Assembly: GCA_964016885.1 (NCBI GenBank)
Contig: OZ024743.1
Span: forward strand, 124,992,001-125,056,000
Direction of reading: 5' to 3'
DNA length: 64,000 nucleotides
Source of the DNA: Eledone cirrhosa
Taxonomy: Eukaryota
A program made the translations under genes and the position numbers. Below are positions 56,126 to 64,000 of this stretch, in pieces. Positions within the stretch are counted from its first letter, which is position 1, and each line of letters starts with the position of its first letter. Below the pieces are notes generated by a model, which had not been told where the DNA came from, did not search any database, and was given only the letters and a program-made list of their open reading frames with translations.

Positions 56126-57017
56126 CGAGGTGGGTCAGAACATTTCCAGGACTGGTCACAAAAGATTTATTTCAAACCCAAACTTCACACTAAGAGTTTT
56201 CTCCTTCAAAGTAACCCCCTGGAGTCTAATGCACTTTTCAATCCTTTTCTGCCACGCTTGCATGCACTCCTGAAAGGATTCTTCCGGGATCCTGCGCTGT
56301 TCCGTCGTCACGGCCTTTTTGAAGTCGTCCACGTCTTCAAAACGGGTCCCCTCCGGGTCGTACTCGAACATCCATGACTCATCACCGGTGATGACTGTCT
56401 CTAGCAAGTCTGGTTCGGTTTCAAGATGCTCGAGGATGTCCTGGCACACTTGCATGCGTCGACCCTTCTGGTCATCGTTCAGCAGTTTTGGCACCATCTT
56501 CGCGCAGACTTTCCGCATGTCCAAATCTTCAGTGAGAATCTTCCAGACGCTGTCCCGATTCCTACCCAGCTCATTTGCCATCAGTCGAGCAGTCAGCCGA
56601 CGATCGCTACGCACCATCTGCCTGATGCGCTCAACGTTGACCTCAGTCCCGGTTGTTGAGGGCCTTCCGCTCCTGGGGTCATCTTCGACGTCCTCGCATC
56701 CTTCTTTAAACCTCTTGCACCACTCAAAAACACGTGAGCGTGCTATCGTCTCATCTCCATACACTTGCTGCAGCAATCCCAGTGTTTCTGACGGAGTTTT
56801 CAAGTTTGTTCGTTGCTCTGTGCTCATTGCTTGACGACCTGAAACAGAGGACATGTATATAAAATTATGAAGAAAAGAGTTTGATCTCTGCAGAGATCTA
56901 AGATTACAGTTACATACTCCAGGGGATTACTTTGAAGGAGAAAACTCTTAGTGTGAAGTTTGGGTTTGAAATAAAACTTTTGTGACATCAGTCCTGGAAC
57001 TTTTCTGACACGCCTCG
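56126..57017 (-). mobile_element. Mariner transposon, internally deleted, with ~100-bp TIRs
   Basis: TA TSDs at 56124-56125 and 57018-57019. Transposase remnants VFEWCKRFKEG..VEDDPRSGRP, KVCAKMVPK.L and ITGDESWMFEYDPE are fused directly to GTRF, so most of the DDD domain is deleted. Confidence 0.92.
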
Positions 57018-57297
57018 TATATATATATATATGTATATATATAGAGAGAGATTTATATTCTTCTTCGCCTACTTATTTCTGTGAGGGTCGTGGGGGTAGA
57101 GTCTTCAAACACTCCTTCCAGCCGGTGCTGTCAGAAGCAAATATATATATAGTGATCCTAAATGAATTCTGTGCACACAAAATTAATATCAACAACAGCA
57201 ATAACCTAAAAAAAAAAGATCTTTACACTAATACAATTAAAATACCTTATTCATTGGAATTATATATATATATATATTTTTTTTTTCTTTACTTAAG

Positions 57298-57391
57298 AAT
57301 AAACTTCATTACAAGAATACGAAAATACATCGTGTTGTGGTGGACTTTGTCATTCAAATGGGAGATGTAACAACTGGAGATGGTACCGGAG
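57298..57391 (+). CDS. PPIB: Cyclophilin coding exon 2 (not in the ORF track)
   Basis: T-rich tract + AG at 57296-57297. Translates in phase 0 as [32 protein letters not shown], containing the catalytic H54/R55/F60/Q63 equivalents. GTAAGT donor at 57392 (phase 1). Confidence 0.92.
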
Positions 57392-58540
57392 GTAAGTAAT
57401 ACTCATGTATGTATGTATGTATGTATGTTTGTATGTATGTATGCATGTATGTATGTATTATGTTACAACAGTACAACCTGTCTCATGGCCGGGTCGTTGG
57501 CGACTAAACTGGCAACCCCACCAAGGTTTCTTGGTGAGGAGGGTGACTTTGGACATCCTGCAGGACTAAAAACAAAACCTGTCAAAGGGCAAAGGAGCTC
57601 TTAAGAGTCAATGGCCATCCAAAATCACCGGGAGAGATGACCCCTTAGCCTTTGTCAAGGCAGAATTCTAGGAGAAGGAAAACTCTGATATAACACCTGC
57701 AACCCTGATGGTATCCAATGATGTTGACTTGTTTTTCTTTTTGGTAAATATCATCTTGGTTAAGAGAGTGGGACTGGCTTTGTGCAGTGCCTTTGCTCAC
57801 TATAAAAGCTTCACGGCACAGGCATTGCTTTATATCTGGAGATCTCTCTGCACTTGTCATCACATGGTACCATGGGCCCAGCACTATGTGTCAATAATTG
57901 TCACAGGTGTAGTGTTTGTACCAGAGTTTTCAAGTCGCTGGCTGGACTGAAAAATCACACTCGTTCAGCGCATCGGTAGGAGTTCTCCTACATGGATATA
58001 AAGTAGTGGCCGTACTCGAAAACGATTTGGCAGCCACCATGTATGTATGTATGTATGTATGTATGGCGTAATTGTCAACAAACACGTTTTTCGCTTTCTG
58101 TCCTCTAGAAGAAATCGGCTTTGTTCCAACCTGGAGATGGATGGGCTTCGCCATGTTTTAAATCTGCAAGGACGGCGCCCCTGCCACTTTATCAAGAGTT
58201 AAGGTCACTTATAGTAAGCATTGTTTATACCACGCCATAGACAGTGGTATGGGCCTACGATTTTGAGGGACCCTACTCACCTTATTTTATAGTCCTTTTA
58301 TTCTGTTCTGTACATCATGTACACTACATATACATGTGATGCCAGTAATTTATACATAAACCGTGTGTATTTAGCACTGATTACTAAAATACCTAATAAG
58401 CAGTTTGAAATGAGTCTTACATTTCACGTCTAGCCTAATTTATTACCAACTTTGTGGGTCAATGTGTTAATAATCGTCAGCGAAGCATATTCACCTCAGT
58501 TGATAAAACTTCCAGATGATCAGTATTATATAAACACAAA

Positions 58541-58727
58541 GGGCGGTAGATTGGCATTATCGATAGAGGGTCGGACGCCATGCTTTCCAGCATAGTTACG
58601 TCCCTTTATGATCTGAGTTCAAATCCCGCCGAGGTTAACTTTGCCTTTCATCCTTACGGGGTCGATCAAATAAAGTACCAGTAATGCACTGGGATAATTG
58701 CTGGTCTTGTGCTAAAAAGTAGAAACA
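58541..58727 (+). mobile_element. tRNA-derived SINE (family A) with 16-bp TSD, in cyclophilin intron
   Basis: TSD attatataaacacaaa at 58525-58540 and 58728-58743. Confidence 0.85.
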
Positions 58728-59668
58728 ATTATATAAACACAAAGCGAATCAAATTATTGATTAAGAATATCAGTAACATAACTACAAGAATACACCATAC
58801 TAAATAAGCATATGCTACTGTCGTTTTTTTATTATAAACTCCACGGGGGGAGTTTTTATCTACTAATTACAAGGATAATTTCAGTTCATCGAAGTTTTTA
58901 AACTCACTTTATTAAACGTATATATAAGACTCTACCATATGTGTTTATGTTGAAAAACCCTTCTATGTATGGTTTCTTAAATCTTTACATTTCCCGTACT
59001 ATCACGAATGACCTAATGATTTGTGTAATATCACTTTCCACTGTTACATAAGAAAATATCTATTACTTAAATGGGCCCCCAACGGTTTCGACGAAGAATG
59101 TTCCTGCTGTTCGATCAATGGGACGATCTGCTTGTGAAATTAACCTGTAAATGGCTGCGTGTTTCACTGACACATCTACCCTTTACATAATTTTCAGGGA
59201 GATTCAGTGTGACACAGTGTGTGACAAGACTGTTCCATGCAATTATAAGTATTGACCATCCAACGGGCTTTCAAATAGTTTCCGTCTACCCAATTTCACT
59301 TACAAGAAGGGTCTATTGGAGAAATTTTCAAAGTGGCACAAGACCCCTTTGGGGCCCGAGGCAGGCAAAGACTTTTCTCAAAATGGATGTTGCATGGTTG
59401 CTGTGGGGCATTCTTAGCTCTTGGGCCCCAGAACAAAGTACGGGCTGGACGCCGCTCTCATAGGTCCTCCTTACAAGGATTGGATCGACCCAAGGCTATA
59501 AGAGAAAGTACTTGCCCATGGTATCACGCAGTTGTACTGAATTTGAAACACATGAATAGGGAAGCAGACTTCTTAACCATTTGGTTATGCTGCACCCACA
59601 AATGAATTTATCATTACGAGAACAAATATTTGCAAGATTTCTTTTATGTAACTTATTTATTGTTTTAG

Positions 59669-59853
59669 GTAAAAGTATTTATGGAGATACTTTTGATGAT
59701 GAAGAATTCACAATAAGCCACGAAAGTCCTGGTTTTGTTTCTATGGCAAACCATGGCAAGGATACAAACGGTTCTCAATTCTTCATTTTGTTAGTAAGAG
59801 CAAGATGGCTTGATGGAAAACATGTTGCCTTCGGTAAATTGATCAAGGGATAC
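59669..59853 (+). CDS. PPIB: Cyclophilin coding exon 3
   Basis: TTTTAG acceptor ending at 59668; phase 1 completes G|GT. Encodes [68 protein letters not shown] donor at 59854. No terminal exon found in the window. Confidence 0.93.
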
Positions 59854-60987
59854 GTAAGTGGAATGTTTTCTCGTATTTATTTAATAGTTAAATGTACTCA
59901 CTTTTATGGGAGGAACTTCCTTTGCAAACCCATCTTTTCCTCTCGACCTGGGCCATATTAACCAATAACCGGGCCCCTAGACTTTCATGTTTTTCAGTCC
60001 CCTCTTACACTAAAATGTTTCATCCCACAACATCAAAACAAATTGACGAGCTCTTAGTTTCTATCTATGGGGCTCCTAGGCTTCAGTTTTGTCAGCCTAA
60101 CCAGCCTTATGAATAATATGGCCCTTCTCCCGATAAAAATATCATAGAATAATATGTAATAAGATAATTATATTCAAAATATAAATATATTCACGACTGA
60201 GGTACAGTTTAGGCTGACCATTTCAAGTCTCTTTCGTTACACTTTGATTATAAATTAAAAAAATAAAATGTTACGTTGGAAGTTCCCACTGTGATTTAAA
60301 ATCCTCATAAAACAACACGTTCTCAATTAAGCAGTGACTGACGTTTCTCCACTTGACTTGAGGTGGTAGTGCAGTGCTTTTCTCATATGTTACTCAATGG
60401 ATCGATCGAGTTATATATCTCTGTTTGAACTTCATTTAAGATTAGTAAGACGACTGGTATTATACAAGCCAGTGTAAGCAGTAACAGTTTAACTTCACTG
60501 TTAATGCATGTAAAAACATCACGATATTGATATATAATAAGTTAATCCATTGCAGATACATAATATAATTTACAGGTTTGCAACGCACACCTTTTGATTT
60601 TTGTTGTTACAGATTACACTCACATATGGCCCCTCTAAGACTGTATCGCATAAGCGGCTTTTTGTATGTTTTAAAAATAAGGGTTCCAATTTTTTAAGGT
60701 CACCATTTCCCGGTGATTGAAGGCAGGATTTGCCGGAACAGATATTACGCGCCCTAATAATTCCGCCACTAGATGAGAATATATTTATCGAAGCCAAAAT
60801 GATGCAAGATAAAGTAGACGTCAGTAGGATTTGGACTCGGAGCATAGTATAACGGAATAGATTCTGCAAGATATTTAATCTGTCGCTCTAATAACTCTTC
60901 CAATTCACTGTCTTTAGGACACACCGAGCCTTCTTTCAATTTCAAAAGAACCAAACATTTATCTATAAAAGAAACCATTGCCTAAAG

Positions 60988-61055
60988 CAGGGTTTCCCAA
61001 ACCTTTTCAAACGCGGAACCCTTGGGTTCCGTGGAACCCAATTTGGGAACCATTG
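60988..61055. mobile_element. 68-bp hAT (Charlie-like) micro-MITE
   Basis: TIRs cagggtttcccaaa / tttgggaaccattg. Near-identical 8-bp TSD gcctaaag / gcttaaag. Confidence 0.7.
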
Positions 61056-61131
61056 GCTTAAAGAAAAACACGTGAGCGCGCACATACACACACACACGTA
61101 CATACATACATACATACACACATACATATAC

Positions 61132-61200
<69 letters not shown>

Positions 61201-61557
61201 TGTGTGTGTGTCTGTGTGTGTGTCTGTCTGTGTCTGTCTATATAGATAACAAAGAGGGTGTGGTAAGATACCAGAGGGACCATAAGGCACCAGTGTACTC
61301 AATACTCGGAGTAGTAGAGTGGGTAATATGAAATGATTCAGGACCCCGACGGCTGAACTCCGGCCGTTTCGACAGCTAGATCCGAACTTAACCACCAGAA
61401 ACGGCCGGGGCTCAGCCGTCGGGGTCCCGAATAATTTTATATATATATATAGTAATAATGATAAATATGAAGACTAAAATACAAAGAGGGCTCGATAAGG
61501 ATAAATATATATCAAATATACTAGAACCCTAAAGCAAATATTTATTAACTTTAATCT

Positions 61558-61880
<323 letters not shown>

Positions 61881-62568
61881 ACATTTGTAAGAGTTCCACT
61901 CTCATCCACTCTCTGATGAGAAATCTATTCCTAGCTGGGGAGGTGGGGCAGGTCAAAGAATTTGATGGTTGCTACCTACTCTATGATATTCCTTGCATCC
62001 AAAGCTTTCCCTATATTTCGAAGAAAGGGAGAGAAAGGGAGGGAGGGAGATGGGAGGTAATGGAGAGGAGAGAGAGATTGCTATACTTAAGTTACCCTGT
62101 AAATGACCGTATCGTATTAATACTCTTCAGTGTGCCCTGCGATATCCATTTTCATTCATAAATCTAGATTAAGATTATTCCGGTAGATCAGAGGTCAGAG
62201 GTCAGGACAGCGATCAGTCTAGAAAGTTTATTTATGAGCTTAAAGTTCTAATTTTGACTTACGCCTAGAGTGTAATAGCGAAACAAACTGAACTTCATAA
62301 AATAGTAGTAACATCAGTAACATATTGGAAATATATCAAAAGCTAGACTATATTTTATCTACTGAGTTCGTGAACAATGAATTATCTCCTCTTTCAATTT
62401 TTACTGTCCACCCTTCAAAAATATTATATAGTAACCATTATAGTGACAGCAATTTCGACAATATTCTTTAAATGACTTTTCCTTATAGTTATACCATTGC
62501 GAGTTTCTTTTCTTTTCTGTTTAATCTGTGCTTTCTAATTTTTTCACGGTATATATATATATATATAT

Positions 62569-63518
62569 ATACATTATGAAGAGAGAAGAAACATTTAGAT
62601 ATAATTAGTAATAAAATGTATCATACCTAAACTGTTCCTAAATTCCTCGACTACGTAGTTTCGTGGCATAAACAAAAACAATATATCAAAGATATAGAGT
62701 CCTTGCGAGGTCTGCCGACTTATCAAGAGGATACCTCATTTTACTAGTCTCAAGAACGCGTCTACACGACGTGAGAAAGAATCCCAAAAGGCGGAGGGGG
62801 AGATAGTCACGCGATATAACGGTCGAGAAACAGAGCTAAGCCTCTTATAACCACGAAGAAAATACCACGGAGGCGGAGGGGGTATTCATATCGAGGCCGC
62901 AGAAGAGGTAGTGAAGAAGGCGAGAAGTATGAGTAATGGAAGCTTTCCAGTTGTCCCCACACTTCAAAGATTGCTCGACCAGAGGGAGTTATTAATATAT
63001 TTAGAAACACACAGATACATGCGGATACACACATATATACATGAATGCATCCGCACCCAACTGTGAGTTAAGGGTGCCAACTTCACCGATGTTGCTCAAT
63101 GAATGACTGGGACAGACCGCGTGACTATCTCCCCCTCCGCCTTTTGGGATTCTTTCTCACGTCGTGTAGACGCGTTCTTGAGACTAGTAAAATGAGGTAT
63201 CCTCTTGATAAGTCGGCAGACCTCGCAAGGACTCTATATCTTTGATATATTGTTTTTGTTTATGCCACGAAACTACGTAGTCGAGGAATTTAGGAACAGT
63301 TTAGGTATGATACATTTTATTACTAATTATATCTAAATGTTTCTTCTCTCTTCATAATGTATTTTTAACTCTGATACTGGTTCAGTCTAGTTCAAACTGA
63401 ATTGGTCTGTCCCAGTCATTCATTGAGCAACATCGGTGAAGTTGGCACCCTTAACTCACAGTTGGGTGCGGATGCATTCATGTATATATGTGTGTATCCG
63501 CATGTATCTGTGTGTTTC

Positions 63519-63527
<9 letters not shown>
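62569..63527. mobile_element. ORF-less hammerhead-bearing element with nested double inversion, in (TA)n
   Basis: 62569-62813 is the reverse complement of 63118-63362 (245 bp), and 62995-63118 is the reverse complement of 63404-63527 (124 bp). Confidence 0.85.
63200..63287 (+). ncRNA. Type I hammerhead ribozyme, U3-A8 core variant with branched stem II (identical minus-strand copy at 62644-62731)
   Basis: UCCUC-UUGAUAA-GUcGGCA...UGCCAC-GAAA-CUACGUAG-UC-GAGGA. Stem I has 5 bp, stem III is the palindrome ACUACGUAGU, and the triplet is GUC. Confidence 0.8.
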
Positions 63528-63554
<27 letters not shown>

Positions 63555-64000
63555 AATACGGTTTATGTATGTTATATGCCTGCATATATATATATACACA
63601 TGCTGACTGACTGACTGAACCCAGAACCACGTGGCTGCGAAGTGAATCTTTAAGAACACAGCCATGTCTGCACCGATTACGAAATATTTTATTCTCAACA
63701 AATAAAGTAGTCAAAAGAAAATGCTTGAAATATTTTCTTTTAAATGATAAAACACAGTGTATATTATAATATCTAAGATAAGTTTAATGTAGGTTTACCT
63801 AAAATTTATAAAAAACATAACAGATTGTTGACTTTCATATATTACGACTAATTGACCGATCATCAGCACACAAGCATCTTTTTCACTCTGTCTAAGAAGA
63901 TAATTATAGTCAAACGCTAATTATATTAAGCACAAACCAGAACTTACTCTATTTGATAGCATATAAAAACCTTTCACCCCAGTAGAAAATGGCTTTAAGA

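Overview
AT-rich, microsatellite-dense animal genomic DNA. The SINE/LINE repertoire and (TA)n/(CA)n/(CATA)n density look like an octopod cephalopod; this is inference, not verified. One host gene is supported: a secreted cyclophilin (PPIB/CypB-like peptidyl-prolyl isomerase) on the + strand. It has three in-frame coding exons (37454-37699, 57298-57391, 59669-59853), a ~19.6 kb TE-filled intron, and a last exon that apparently lies beyond the window. Almost everything else is mobile DNA: a CRE-clade and two R4/Dong-type RLE LINEs, RTE LINEs, mariner and hAT relics and MITEs, tRNA-derived SINEs, and many Penelope-like element (PLE) 3' ends. The most notable signal is a set of about a dozen type I hammerhead ribozyme (HHR) motifs from roughly eight sequence families. 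They sit in PLE-type ends that are embedded in (TA)n/(CA)n and are often arranged as fold-back palindromes. Several families use the rare U3-A8 core (UUGANAA instead of CUGANGA) or carry long, branched stem II inserts. One ORF-less, HHR-carrying element (62569-63527) has a nested double inversion consistent with a ~590-nt tandem or circular, retrozyme-like RNA unit. All RNA structures were read by eye; none has been tested computationally or biochemically.
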